A stretch of 64,000 nt of DNA, from NCBI GenBank assembly GCA_951406725.2, contig OX597818.1, positions 58,280,001 through 58,344,000 of the forward strand, given 5' to 3'. The notes beneath the pieces are model-generated. The model was given only the letters and a program-made list of their open reading frames with translations. It was not told the origin of the DNA and did no database searches. Numbering within the stretch: position 1 is the stretch's first letter; the number at the start of each line of letters is the position of its first letter. Made by a program: the position numbers and the translations under genes. This DNA is from Octopus vulgaris (lineage: Eukaryota). Below, piece by piece: positions 13,290 through 27,106 of this stretch.

Positions 13290-13460
13290 GTCTTTGTGAC
13301 TGCGGCCTTGCTGGAGCACTGCTTTTAGTTGAACAAATTGCCCCCAGGACTTATTCTTTGTAAGCCTAGTACTTATTCTATCGGTCTCTTTTGCCGAACC
13401 GCTAATTTATGAGGATGTAATCACGCAACCATCGGTTGTCAAGCAATGTAAAGGGGACAG
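13290..13460 (-). mobile_element. SINE family A, 3' half
   Basis: ggacttattctttgtaagcctagtacttattctatcggtctcttttgccgaaccgct. Confidence 0.8.
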
Positions 13461-13585
13461 CCTCGTGACTAAAGCAAATCTTTGAAACAAAAGACATTAA
13501 AAATAACTGATAGGTATCGGAGTCGATAGAAAGGATGCTCAAACACTCGAAACTGAATAAATTTTAAAATATCGCACAAACGTAT

Positions 13586-13587
<2 letters not shown>

Positions 13588-13646
<59 letters not shown>

Positions 13647-13899
13647 CACACACACATACACACAGCCGCACACGCACACACACGCGCACGCACGCACACA
13701 CACACACACAGTTGTGTGAATGTCTCCAGGCGATGAAGTAGGCTAGCCCAGTACGTAGATATAGAGCGAGAAACCTAGACGTCCAGGTTGAGTAGCGGTG
13801 AGAGTAGAGAACAGTTGGGTAGCGTTCACACACACACACACATACACACGCACACACACACATACACACGCACACACAAACACACACACACACGCGCGA

Positions 13900-13930
<31 letters not shown>

Positions 13931-13968
13931 CATACACACGCACACACAAACACACACACACACGCGCG

Positions 13969-14002
<34 letters not shown>

Positions 14003-14032
14003 TACACGCACAAGCAAAAACACACACACACA
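13588..14032. repeat. (CA)n-rich microsatellites with a duplicated higher-order unit
   Basis: cacacacaaacacacacacacacgcgcgaacacac occurs twice, about 70 bp apart. Confidence 0.9.
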
Positions 14033-14086
14033 TATCAAAAAGTAATAGTAACTATTGATTTATTCGTACATACATCTATACATATA

Positions 14087-14318
14087 TATTTCTTTATTGC
14101 CCAGAAGGGGCTAAACATAGAGGGGACAAACAAGGAGAGACAAAGGGATTAAGTCGATCACATCGACGCCAGTGCGAAACAAGTACTTTTATTTATCGAC
14201 CCCGAAAGGATGAAAGGCAAAGCCGACCTCAGCGGACTTTGAACTCAGAACGTAACGACAGATGAAATACCGCTAAGCATTCCCCCCGGCGCGCTAACGT
14301 TTCTACAAGGTCGCCGCC
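14087..14318 (-). mobile_element. SINE family B
   Basis: Full-length match to the other B copies. Confidence 0.88.
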
Positions 14319-15934
14319 ATAATACATCTATACATATATACGTACGTATGTGTGTATGAGTCTGTTTGTGTGTACACGTGTGTGTGTATGTGTGTATGTA
14401 ATGTATTTGAGGCTGTGATGAAACTGGAATCTAAAAGCTAAGATAATCGATTATATTTTTCTCATTTGTTTTCTCATAACCGCTCTGTACTAAACTGATG
14501 CTTCGTTCAGAGGTACTTTGAGTTCTTCACCAGGTTATTAATGTCGCTATGTTTAATCGAAATCTTAAAATATAATATGATACAATATAATATTACATAG
14601 CATATATATATTGCAGCATAACATTCAATGTACACAGTTTAAATATATGAGTAAAAGTTTCTTGCCGCGGAAACGCGTCTCTAGGGGGTTTTGTTAACAC
14701 ACATTGTGTCTTCATGCAGTCATCTGGTTCTGAGCGCACGGTCTGCTCTGCTTGAGAAACAGGATGCTGATACACGAGAAATCACTAGAAATCACTAGAA
14801 AATTTTTTAAAGGGGAGGAGGTGTTATATATGTACCAGCCTACACTCGTGTTTTCACATCAAGAATCTATTAGTAGCTAACATATTTTTACTCACTGGAT
14901 GGAATACCATTTTTGTGGACCTTACTTTAATGGAGAAGTATACATGGTTTGAAATCGCAACTCCAGGCACCTATTTGCATTTACATAGCGCTATAATCCT
15001 TAAGTGTGTCAAACATCAATACCATAATTCCTAGAATATTTCCATAAAACCTATCACATTTCGGAACGTATTAATAGCAATACTAATATGCAAATCTTTA
15101 TAAACTAAGTGTCTAATATATTCTTGTTTGCAATACGGACATCGTGGGGAAAACAAACTTAATATGAAATATTAACCCGACAAATGCGCATCCCCTTGAG
15201 GTTTTCGTACAAAATATATATAAGAGAAAAAGGCACACAAAAAATACATTAATAATTCTGAATAGAAAGCAATATTTTTTAAGTAATTACAGATGTGAAA
15301 TGGATAGTAAAAACGATAAACATAAATCAGAAAAAAAAGAATTACATTTCTCTGTCATATCTAATTAAATTTATTCATTAAGCACAGAGTTAGACAATTT
15401 TGGAAGGTATTTTAGAAAGCAAACTGATGTATTAAGTTTTTTTTTTCCTGCAGGGAATGTGTTGTTGTTTGTTGTTGTTTTTCAAATATGTGGTCTGTAT
15501 ACAAAATAAAAGTGACAAATGTCGTAAACTGTAGATAAATGAGCGCAAAAATGAATAAAAATAACATTAAGGAATGTTAATAACGTGATGTGAATATTGA
15601 TTAGATCCTGTGCTTTTTATCAGCCGTGGACGAATTAGCACAAATGGAAACACACGGACCAGGGAACAGTAAAACACACGCACGCACACTCCCAAATACT
15701 CACCCACCCACAGAAACACACACACACACACACACACATAGACTCTCTCTCTCCTCTTCCAAATACATGCGTTCGCACAGAATGTATGTATACACACACA
15801 CACATGCACGCACGCACACATATATATATATATTCGCATTTTATGTTTTAATGTAAAAGTATTTATGAAAACAAATATAGACAGTCAGAAAGTTGTGTGA
15901 GTGTGTCTCTGTGTGTGCTAGTGTGAGTGCCCGC

Positions 15935-15935
<1 letters not shown>

Positions 15936-15996
<61 letters not shown>

Positions 15997-16037
15997 ATGT
16001 ATATATATATACGTATGTATATATATATATATATATG

Positions 16038-16094
<57 letters not shown>

Positions 16095-16199
16095 ATATAT
16101 GTATATATCTATATCTATCTATATATATATTTATATGTATATATATATATGTATGCATATATGTATATGTATGTATATATATATATGTATATATCTATG

Positions 16200-16232
<33 letters not shown>

Positions 16233-16322
16233 GTGTGTGTATATATATAAATATATGTATATATATATATATATAAAGATATATAAAGATATATATATAT
16301 ATATATTCATATATGTATATAA
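15936..16322. repeat. Compound TA/TG microsatellite
   Basis: Directly visible. Confidence 0.95.
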
Positions 16323-16901
16323 TACAACTAGTGCAATTAGTAATAAAATAGCATGGATGTATTCGGTGTACCTTTAATGGAAAAATAGAAGTGATTTAAA
16401 AGTGGAAATCGGAAATATATTATTGGTTTTTGACGCTGACTCGAATTCATTCATTAAGAACTGAATTGATTAAAGAAAAAGTGAATCAACTTTAGTGTAA
16501 ACAGAATGTCTGTATAAGAAATGCAATATTCATTACTAGAAATGAAAATGAACAACTGCGTTATAGACGAAGGAAATACTTGGAATCTCTAATGAGAGCC
16601 GTGTGGCGAATATTTGGCCTGCTTCCCCGCGACCGCTGAATTAGTGATATTTATATTAGTAATGAAACAAAGTATAAATGGGTTATATGTGAAGAAAATA
16701 TTTATAGTATTTAACGTTAGCCGTGTGGCGAATGGTTGGGGTCTTTCAAGGTGATCGCCGAATAAATAATTTCATCTAGTTAGAGCATGCCAGCTCGTAA
16801 TTGTAACTCGTCTGGTGTCTCAGCGCAATCGTCAGGCACTGACCACGCAGCATAACAAAGAAAATAGAAGTCATCAGAATGGGACAGGGAGCAAGAAAAG
16901 G

Positions 16902-16968
<67 letters not shown>

Positions 16969-17129
16969 TATATATAAGTTGCAAGCGTGAAAACCAGAAA
17001 AAACGATAGATTTAACAGAAACACACAAAACAAGGAGTAAGAGATATTTCCCATTTGACCGTGAAGTATAACACTGAAATGTAGCTTAGTATCTGCGATA
17101 CAGATTCCTGTATATGCATAAATAAATAA

Positions 17130-17189
<60 letters not shown>

Positions 17190-17498
17190 TAAATATTTAA
17201 AATATATTCAACAAGAATATTATATACTGAGTTTATATTCAGTGTCCCATTGTATATTAATATTAATACTATTAAAGTATTTATATATTTGACATGAGCG
17301 ATATATACATATATTTTTTAATAATATATTATAATTATTAATATAAGTAAATTAATATCCAAACTCATCCTAAAGATATACCCGTGGGAAAGAACTTATT
17401 GTATTAAAAATATATAAATATAAAAATATAAATATAATGTATAAAATAAATTTGATCGTTTAAAAATTTTGAATTAATTATTTAAGCATCTTACGATC

Positions 17499-17570
<72 letters not shown>

Positions 17571-18029
17571 CTGTGTGTTTCTGTGCGTTCGTGTATATTT
17601 ATATGCACAAACAAATATTCCCAATGTTGTATGCTAAAAGCTGGTAAACTCTAGCACTATAATTTCTGATAACTGTTTTACTCGCTGCATCCGAACATGA
17701 CTACAATGCTCATTCATGCTGATACTTGTCATATTAACATCTATAGTTCAAAGCTAAGCTTCATGTTGTACTAATGCGTATGCTGCTGTTGCAGTTATTA
17801 CGTCTATAACTGATGTTAGTGTTGTACATGAGGCTTGCACCCTCTCGTGTCTTCAGGAGAGAGGGAGAGATAATTCGATATCGAGGCGAGAACCTCTTCT
17901 GTGCATCCGAGTCCAAATGGGTTGAATTGAAACGTTAATCGGCTTATATCGAAGATACTGACAAATGATGCCAGTCTCCGCCGGAGTGGAATTCACTATC
18001 ATTATTCTAAAGGAATACAAGGTGCCTGT

Positions 18030-18052
18030 ATATATATATCTATATCTATCTG

Positions 18053-18124
<72 letters not shown>

Positions 18125-18155
18125 ACTAACTATCTATCTATCTATCTATCTATTA

Positions 18156-18212
<57 letters not shown>

Positions 18213-18245
18213 CTATATATATATCTATATATATCTATATCTATA
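18030..18245. repeat. (TCTA)n-(TC)n-(TA)n microsatellite
   Basis: Directly visible. Confidence 0.95.
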
Positions 18246-18565
18246 TTACTTTTTATGTTATATTAAACATTTTAATACTTTTTGATAGTTATATATATTC
18301 AATAAAAAATAAATATATATATATAAATTTATAAATATATATTATTAATTTAAATTTTAAATTTAAATAATTTAAATTTTTTAATTTTCTATTTTATATA
18401 TTTTGTATATTATATTAATTATTTTAATCTTTATGTTTTGGTTTAAATTTTTCATTGTTTGATTTGCCTAATAGTGGTTTTATCTCTAATTTAATTTATA
18501 TTTATACTGTGAAATTAGATTTAATCCTAAATCTAATTTTTCTTTGTAAGTTTGGATTTACTCCC

Positions 18566-18598
<33 letters not shown>

Positions 18599-19345
18599 CC
18601 ATTCTTGTATGCATTCTTGTTGCTTGTGTATATATATATATATATATCAACGAATGTGTGAAGGTTAAACAATACTTTCTCTCTCTCTCTCGAACTGCTT
18701 CTTCTCCATATCTCTCAACACTCATCAGCACATATTTTTTGTGCATGTAGGCAAACAAAGATACTGTAATTTTCCATGTGCATCTTCTCACCCATGTCTA
18801 TTTTTCCATTTCTCTGCTGTGTCTAGGTCTATGAGTGCGTGGTTTATAGTTATGTACGATGCGCTACGTCAAATTTTAGAATATTTTCTCTTTCCTATCT
18901 TATGCGCTCTTGAAATTAGCCTGATTTAAACGTATAAGACAGCAGCTGTATTTGTGACCCCATATATCTGTCATCACTGCATGAATAAATTTTATGCAAT
19001 CCAGTAATTTTCTAGTCTGAGACACGAGGATAAAAGAAGTGGGTCATCTAAAATAAATCTAATTCAAGGGTTTATGCAGAAGAAAATATGAATATTAAAA
19101 CGTTTCAGTCGTCATTCCGATGTCATTTGGATATTTAAGATAGCAATGCTTAGAGTTTGTGATCAAAATCGAAAGGAAACAATTACAATAAAAATAGCAG
19201 TATGAACATACAGCAAAATAATATTCAAGCTGTTTTTAAATTATCGATGTCGTTTTCGTATTTAGAGTAATTCAATTGTAGTAAACGATCCTAAATGTAG
19301 AGAATGTTGTTTCCATATCAAGTTTCATATCATGTTTATAACAAA

Positions 19346-19759
19346 CTAGCAGTATCGCCCGGCGTTGCTCGGGTTTGTAAGGGAAATAACTATATAAGCA
19401 ATTTTAGAGTGTTATAGCCTAAAAATAGCAAAAAAAAAAAATGCATCAAAAATGGAAAAAAAAATGGTGGTAATTTTTTTTAAATCGTAGACTCAACGTA
19501 GACATTTTTAGAGAGTTACTTCCCTTATATAAACCGAGCAAAAAAAGCATTAAAATGGAAAAAAATGATGGTAAATTCTTTTTAAATCGTAGACTCATCG
19601 TAGACTCATCGTAGACGCGCGCTAATACCCAGAAGGGCTCGATATGAATCACGACTATAATATACCCGGTTTTGGTTAAACTGCACCGCGAAATGTGGGA
19701 GTAGTTAGGAATCTAAATCGTAGGAGACAGACACACAACTTGACTTTTATATATAAAGA
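19346..19759 (-). mobile_element. Non-autonomous Helitron
   Basis: Same TC / hairpin-CTAG termini and A|T target as the 9389 copy. Confidence 0.85.
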
Positions 19760-19833
19760 TCTGGGAAAACGAAATAAAAACACAGAAACACACATTCACG
19801 CATTCACACGAACATATATATACAAATGAAATG

Positions 19834-20092
19834 TGGAGGCGCAATGGCCCAGTGGTTAGGGCAGCGGACTCGCGGTCATAGGATCGCGGTTTCGATTCCC
19901 AGACCGGGCGTTGTGAGTGTTTATTGAGCGAAAACACCTAAAGCTTCACGAGACTCCGGCAGGGCATGGTGGTGATCTCTGCTGTACTCTTTCACCACAA
20001 ATTTATCTCACCCTTGTTAATTTCACGAGCAGGCTGTTCCGTTGATTCGGATCAACCGGAACCCTCGTCGTCGTAACCGACGGAGTGCTTCC
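19834..20092 (+). mobile_element. SINE family C (tRNA-Arg-like head), internally deleted
   Basis: ggaggcgcaatggcccagtggttagggcagcggactcgcgg...tttcgattccc; matches the 50952 copy. Confidence 0.85.
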
Positions 20093-21698
20093 CATCCATA
20101 TACAAATGAAATATATGTAAACATTGACGGAATACATGGTCATTCTCTTCCAGTTGGGTAGAAATAAAGGGAAAAACTATTCGAGATTGAATCGGAATAC
20201 GTTTCGATTTGTTATTTAAAATTTTTTAAAGACAATCGGTTTCACTACTATCTCTGATATTCAAAAGTTCAGAGATAAAGAATTGAAACTATGCCGCCAC
20301 AGACTTGCTTCTGAGTTTAATTCGAAAATTGTCTTTTTATTATAGAGAGAAAATGGTATGTTTTGATTTGTCTATGATGATCACATAATCGAATTTAGAA
20401 TTTTTTTAAGCCCTCCATTACGTCCGTTCTTTAATGTCATGTGACAATACTTGGCGCTGTTAGTTAAAGCTGTCAAGTGTGAGTGAACATAATCCAGGTT
20501 GTCTGAATTTTATCTGTCAAATCTAGTAGAGGAAGATCACGTGATTAGTAATATTAGAATTTTTTTGTAGGACAGCACTACGTCCGTGCATTTACGTCAT
20601 GTGGCTAGCTTTTGCACCAAAAATTAACGCTGGCACGATTGAGTGAATATGCCAAGTTACAGTCCCAAAAATATGCCTCACCAAAATTTGATCTGCCAAG
20701 TTATTGATAGCAAGGTGGGCAGGAATTATTTCTACGTAGCCCAGTGATAGAATAGTTAAGGTTTCTGCCTCAAGTAAATTTGTGTATTAATGTCATACGG
20801 GGTAAAGTTATTATGTTCAAAGTTTACGTTGTTAGCTGTACAAATTCCACATGTGAAGCAGTAAAATGAGTTTGTTTGTGAATAGCGATTTGTGTGTGAA
20901 GAGTTGTTCGTGAGTGTAGATGCTTTATTCATTGTCAGTTTGTGTTGCTGCACGAATATAATTTCTATGTTTATTCGTGCTTGAATTGTGGTATTGACTG
21001 AACAAAGATAAATTCAAAGGACTTAGCATTTCGGAGACATATCTATAGCACGTATGCCTTCTTTGTGTTATATATTATTGTTAACTACACACACAGACAC
21101 ACACACACTAACACGCACAAGCATAGGCACATGCAAACACACACATATTCATTTAGGTATACGTAAATATTCAACTTTACAGAAAACAAAAAACGAAGAC
21201 AGGTGTAGGAACGAGCAAGTGTATTAGTCTAACTCTCGGGAAGAATGGAAAAGTCTTTTACGTTATGAGACTACGCTCTTCGGCAAAAGGGTAAATGGAG
21301 AGAGAATGAAGAAAAAATACGGAGAGAGAAAATAACTTTTGTAGGGGTTATACACTCAACATGAAGAAATAGCCGTTTATATATATATCTTAGATACTCT
21401 AAATTATAATTTTATTAATGATTATTACCTTTGAAGGTTTTTTCCCCATGCTGGCCACTTGATAAGATCGATAATTAATTTAACGATCTTATCCTTATTT
21501 GTATATATTTATATTTAATTCGTCATTATATTTCCTGCAGTCGATATTTTGATCATATCGCACGAGGAATTATAGGCGGGCAATTTAAACTTGTCGTTGG
21601 CATACGTGCACATATATGTATGTATACGTTCGTATATGTAAATATTCGTATGTTATATGTATATATATATATGTGTGTATTTATGTTACTATCTGCAT

Positions 21699-21756
21699 AT
21701 TCCACTGATGCGGCAAAGCATTTCTTATACAAAGCCAGAAATCCGGGATCTGGAAT
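21699..21756 (+). ncRNA. Hammerhead motif (A9 substituted) in a ~200-bp TA-embedded element also present at 63066-63270
   Basis: attcca-CTGATGC-ggc...gcc-a-GAAA-tccggga-TC-tggaat. Confidence 0.6.
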
Positions 21757-21902
21757 TATCCAGTAACTCTTTTGCTAGTTTATCTTGTCCTTTTGTCTTC
21801 TCTCCTGGCGCTCTATGAACCTGGAATGTGATTTTAGAGTTAAGTTTTGGTTGCTATTTCTAGCGTGGAGTTATCTCTTAGATACCCTAAATCATAATTT
21901 TA

Positions 21903-21934
<32 letters not shown>

Positions 21935-21935
<1 letters not shown>

Positions 21936-22133
21936 CATTCAAATTGCAACTGGATAGATACTTAAGCACCATTAGAGATGAACCCCATCTCCCAGGATAT
22001 ACACAACGAGCACAAACTGACTCATACTCGCTCCTACACATACAACCTGGCAACCACACCAGACTCTGAGGGTGGAGTCTTCGACTTGGCCTGAGCATGG
22101 ACTCAAACCCAAATGAAATGAAATGAAATGAAA
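21935..22133 (+). mobile_element. CR1-group LINE 3' fragment with (AAATG)n tail
   Basis: Translates SFKLQLDRYLSTIRDEPHLPGY...SLL, the FK..LD.FL..PD.P..GY....NSL C-terminus typical of CR1-group ORF2. Confidence 0.7.
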
Positions 22134-22399
22134 TATATATATATGGCATAATTATGAACATGAGTGGGTGCTATAAATTTCCTGGATTTCGGTAAAAGAA
22201 AATGTAGGGGCATCATTTAATTATGATTTTGTTCAACATAGTACGTTCTCAGAATCTCCCTATCCATAGCGGACTCTTCCGTCGAAGTCGACGTATGAAC
22301 GTCCAGATTTTTGCCGAACGAACTGCACGAGTAATTTGTTTATAGTGATCAAATATTCGTGTCGCACATTAGGTCACTCTCTCTTTATTAAATCGACGT

Positions 22400-22562
22400 T
22401 GTATAAATGGGTGCACGGTGTGCTACGTCTCAGGCGTCCGAGTGATCGCAGGGCGACTTTAGACGAAGTGTTACTCCAGTAAACACCGCATCACGCAACC
22501 TAGGAATTGAACTCACGATCGCTAAATCGTAGTTGCAATCCCCTAAACTTTAGGCCAAGTGC

Positions 22563-22563
<1 letters not shown>
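22400..22563 (-). mobile_element. Degenerate tRNA-derived SINE (D-like)
   Basis: Minus strand ttggcctaaagtttaggg...gatcgtgagttcaattcct. Confidence 0.5.
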
Positions 22564-22626
<63 letters not shown>

Positions 22627-23383
22627 GTTACACTCAGCACTTCTACAATCTGAATATTTGAAACATTTCCTTATATATTTAATAATGGGAAGTTATTCTC
22701 CGAGACAATCTGATATTAGCAGAACGCTCCTAGAATTGGCAAAGAAACGAGCTATTCCCACTATTTTGTAATTGAGTATGTTTTCAGTAAAATCAATATA
22801 TTTTCGGTGTACCAATTCTTTTAAGTACATATAACCCGCATTTTTATTAAGAGTATCACATACACAGGAAATAACCAGGGGTGTCGCCTCAATTAGCGTA
22901 AATATAGAAATGACCGGTAATTGATTAATATCAAATTATATCGAATTTAAATTGTCTCATTTCTCCTCTCACGAAATAACGTAATTTCTTTTTCCCCTTA
23001 ATTATAAATTTAGTATTAAAATTAATTGAGATTTATTGTCATAACCAAATTAAGACACACTGCAAAACATTAACGAATCCTTACTTCTGAATTTTCAGTG
23101 CTTAATATTTCTAAATTTATTATATCATGCATAATGAGGAAAAACTAATGTGTCATAACATGATAAGTGAAGAATGCCTCCCTAAGAATCACAAAGAATC
23201 ACATAAATCACAAATTTCGGGCTACACTTTAACAAAAAAATACACGTATTTTATTATACATTTTCCCAGACGTGCTCAACATACAATTGAAATTCCATCG
23301 AATTTTATCTCTACATTATAAGGAAGACAGCATTAGATAAAATTAATGCTAGATTGCTACACATCATTGCCAAAATAATGGTT

Positions 23384-23495
23384 CTACGTTCTGAGTTCAG
23401 ATTCCGCCGAGGTAGACTTTGCAGTTCATACTTTCGGGGATGATAAATGAAATAGCAGTTACATACTTGGGTCGGTCTAATCGACTTGCTCCCTC
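23384..23495 (+). mobile_element. SINE family B fragment
   Basis: tacgttctgagttcagattccgccgagg...gggtcggtctaatcgact. Confidence 0.7.
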
Positions 23496-23754
23496 AGACA
23501 GACAGATAATCAGAGCCATTTTGCAGCTTTCTAGGATCCCGGCAAAATGCGTGTATTAAAGCCTATAGTTTTGATTCATTAACCTCATGTCAAAGCACAT
23601 ATAGATAAAAATTGGGCCCTTGACACCGCAGGGTCACCAGCCTTAATAAAACGATGACGAAATATGTTGGGGCCACCACTTTTACAAACACGACGACGAC
23701 ATATTTTGAGGTCACTCTAGTATAAAAAAACAACACTGGATCTGTTGGTATATA

Positions 23755-23799
<45 letters not shown>

Positions 23800-23807
<8 letters not shown>

Positions 23808-24086
23808 GAGGGCATTATTACACATAAATGCCACACTCTACGAGGGACGCTTAAAGTCAAAACTACTAAAATAAATAAACGCATCATACCGAAACCAACT
23901 CACGAAGCAAGTCATTTAAAAACAGAATTTAGCTGCATATCACACTGATTTCGTAATCAGTGCAGTTTTATGACTTCCTTCGAGAGTTGGTGTCGTTACG
24001 ATGTGTTTAGTTATTTTAGTAGTTTTGACTTTAAGAGTCCCTCCTAGGATGTGGCATTTATGTGTAAAAATGCCCTCTATATAATA
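23800..24086. repeat. Foldback (MITE-like) with ~115-bp diverged arms
   Basis: 23800-23916 is the reverse complement of 23968-24086; central hairpin cactgatt-tcgt-aatcagtg. Confidence 0.85.
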
Positions 24087-24289
24087 TAAATAACTATATT
24101 TACGGGAAAAAAATGTTTTTTTTTTCTCTTATGAGGTTTTTCACGCTAATTGCTTGATACATTCTAATGAAGATTTTATACTTTTTATCTTATATTAAAC
24201 TTTTTAATACTTTTTGATAGTTATATATATTTAAAAAAAATAAAAATAAAAATAAAAAATAATAAAAAATAATGATAAGAATAAAAATA

Positions 24290-24325
<36 letters not shown>

Positions 24326-25289
24326 TTATAAGTATAAATTAATAATTTAAAGAAACATTTAAATTTTGACTTTAAATTTAAATAATTTAAATTTCGAATT
24401 TTATATTTTATATATTTTGTATATTATATTAATTTATTTTATTTCTATGTTTTGGTTTACGTTTTTCACTGTTTGATTTGCCTAATAGTGGTTTTATCTC
24501 TAATTTAATATATATATCTTTCCATAATTTATATTTAGGGAGGTATACTTTATAGACCTATTAAGGAATATAGAATTGGTATTTAATATGTAGTTTATCC
24601 AAGCATGCCAGCCCTCAATAGATATTAATTAACTGTAATTATTCCCTGCCATTCCTGTCTTCTTACTAATGAATTCATAGTGTATATCAGGTTAAAAGGA
24701 ATTTTTATTCTACCCTCAATATCTCTTAATGTCTAGACTGAGGAGGGTAAGACATGTCGGTTTAATGAGAAGGCAATTTGAACTATCAAATAAAACTCGG
24801 AACAGAAGAGACTGGATTAAATGAGAAGCTACTTGCTGAAACTGATACTTATCATTTAATTTGATTCTAACGAATATTATAGGTAAGCAATCCAAACGAG
24901 GATTATAGAAATAAAGTTAAACATAAAGATAAAAATAAAGGTTAAAGATTAAGATAATTGAAAAAGTAAAATTTCTATTTAAATCTAATTAAAATATAAA
25001 GATAGTTACAAACATTATAATTAGAAAAAGAAGCAAATATTAAAAAAAAATACTAAAACATAACTTAAAGTACCGAAAGAAAAATAAAAAATTAAGGTAA
25101 TTTAAAAATAATTTGAAATGATAAAAGATGTATTAAATGTAGTCATAAAATTATAATAATTAAAACTATCAAAGCTGTATGTACTAAATTGTACTAATTA
25201 TACACTGGGACACGAAAAGGCAAACCCATCATAATATATTATGTTGCATTATTCTGTATTTTATATATTAGGGAGGATTTATAACTTAG

Positions 25290-25769
25290 CTATATAATTT
25301 AGCTAATACCAGCCAACCCTCTAGAAATATTAATAACAAGCTTATTGTATCTGAAGTCAATTCCAATAGAATTAAGTTTACGTCAAGTAACTCTAAGATT
25401 AAAAATTCTATATACCAGTGTATAATCAGTACTCGTAATAAAGTACGATTTTACATTGGAAGCACATCGTTAGAGTTATCTAAAAGAATTTCTATCCATT
25501 ACTCAACATTTAGGGATAGAAATAAACGGAATAGTACCGGTCTCAGCAAACTGATTTGGGATTTAAAAGACCACAATGAACAATTTCATTTAGAATGGTT
25601 GATCCTCTCAATTTCGATACCATATGACAAAGGCAAGAAATTATGTCTTCTCTGTAATTCTGAGCTATTTTTCATTATTTAAAAAAAAAATATTCTAGTA
25701 AACACGGTTATAGAGCGAGCATACAGATGTAAGCATTGGAAAAAACATACATTTAGTGCATATAAGTAG
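25290..25769 (+). pseudogene. Penelope-type GIY-YIG endonuclease domain, one in-frame stop at 25680-25682
   Basis: Hand translation: KNSIYQCIISTRNKVRFYIGSTSLELSKRISIHYSTFRDRNKRNSTGLSKLIWDLKDHNEQFHLEWLIL...PYDKGKKLCLLCNSELFFII*KKNILVNTVIERAYRCKHWKKHTF. Not in the ORF track because it has no start codon. Confidence 0.88.
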
Positions 25770-25970
25770 TCTCTATCATTATATATAATTTAAACTTTAA
25801 TTTCCTTTATATTTAACATTCACTATTAATATCCTTACTCTTTCTGTTTGCTACTTATGACGTTATATCATATAACGTTTTTTTAAACAATATTAATAGC
25901 GTTCTGTCTTTCGCTATACAAATCCATCATTTTTTGCTAAAATGTCTTATTGACGAGTTTCGTTTTTTTC

Positions 25971-26056
25971 ACTTTCCTGAGCAGAAGATTGCATTGTTTA
26001 TACCATTTATTCTTTTGAATAGTATCAGTGGAATTTTCGAAACATATGTCGAGAGT
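25971..26056 (+). ncRNA. Hammerhead ribozyme motif in the PLE 3' region (G8 substituted)
   Basis: actttc-CTGAGCA-gaagatt...aattttc-GAAAC-atat-GTC-gagagt; all three stems pair. Confidence 0.7.
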
Positions 26057-26097
26057 AAAAATATTTGATTACACCTGCGTTAACTCCATTTTTTATT

Positions 26098-26167
<70 letters not shown>

Positions 26168-26170
<3 letters not shown>

Positions 26171-26310
26171 GTCTTTCAATTTCCGTCTACCAAATCCACT
26201 CACGAGACATTGGTAGGCCCGAGGCTATACTAGAAAAACTTGTCAAAGTGAGACTGAACCTGAATCCATCTGGTTGGCAATCAAGCAACCTACCACACAG
26301 CCACGCCTGA
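26168..26310 (-). mobile_element. SINE family A, degenerate 5' part
   Basis: ttccgtctaccaaatccactcac...accacacagccac. Confidence 0.7.
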
Positions 26311-26464
26311 GCCTATATATATATATATATAAGCTTCATCATTCAGTATTTGATATCATTTTTCCATGCGGGCATGGGTTGCAGAATTTGACTTATTTCT
26401 GGCAAGGCCAAGAACCATATCAGGCTCCAGTGTGCATCTGCCTGTCTGTCTCTTTCTATGTCTA

Positions 26465-26508
<44 letters not shown>

Positions 26509-26986
26509 CATGTGTGGATATTTTCCGTATAGAATATGCTTTATAATGCCCAAGACATTTAAACTTGACCAGGCAGAGGAATAAATGTAAAGGTAAGCAG
26601 GTTACTCCCAAATAATGTTTGTATATTGCGTCCATCATCAGATAATACCAGCATCTGTTTCACAGAAGAATCTTACATTTGAGATTTTGACAGAAAGAGA
26701 TTCAAGATTACAATCATGATTTTGGCCAACCAAGACCCAACAAATAAAAAAAAACAGCAGTTGGAGGTGTAAAACTCTTTTTCAAGCACCTTAATTTCTG
26801 ATTTCATTTCTATTCTTGGTAAGTCGGAGCATTTTATATGTAAATATATCTAAATTTTGTCTCTTAAATATATCTAATATTTATTTATATAGACTTGCCT
26901 GATTTGCTAACCTTTACAAACCTTTACTAATTTGCTAACTCATATACAAATATATATATTATATACATACATATACGTTCATATAC

Positions 26987-27044
<58 letters not shown>

Positions 27045-27106
27045 TATTAGGGAGAGTACTTGCACATATATGTAAATACACACACACACACACATATATA
27101 TATATA

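Larger units (their letters stand above)
24520..26090 (+). mobile_element. Penelope-like element remnant (GIY-YIG domain plus hammerheads, no recognisable RT)
   Basis: GIY-YIG reading frame, hammerhead 200 bp downstream and a degenerate hammerhead at ~24731-24817; boundaries approximate. Confidence 0.7.

Noticed and set aside
14593-14775. Possible host exon (also 17850-18020 and 51960-52140)
   Set aside because: Slightly GC-richer, but no recognisable homology or convincing spliced frame; needs RNA-seq.
16560-16760. HDV-like ribozyme suggested by ggcgaat
   Set aside because: Could not build the P1/P1.1/P2/P3 nested pseudoknot.
19834-19910. tRNA-Arg-like sequence (also 50952, 7341, 46960-47012)
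   Set aside because: A/B boxes are present but there is no proper acceptor stem, and the sequence continues into SINE bodies; SINE heads rather than tRNA genes.
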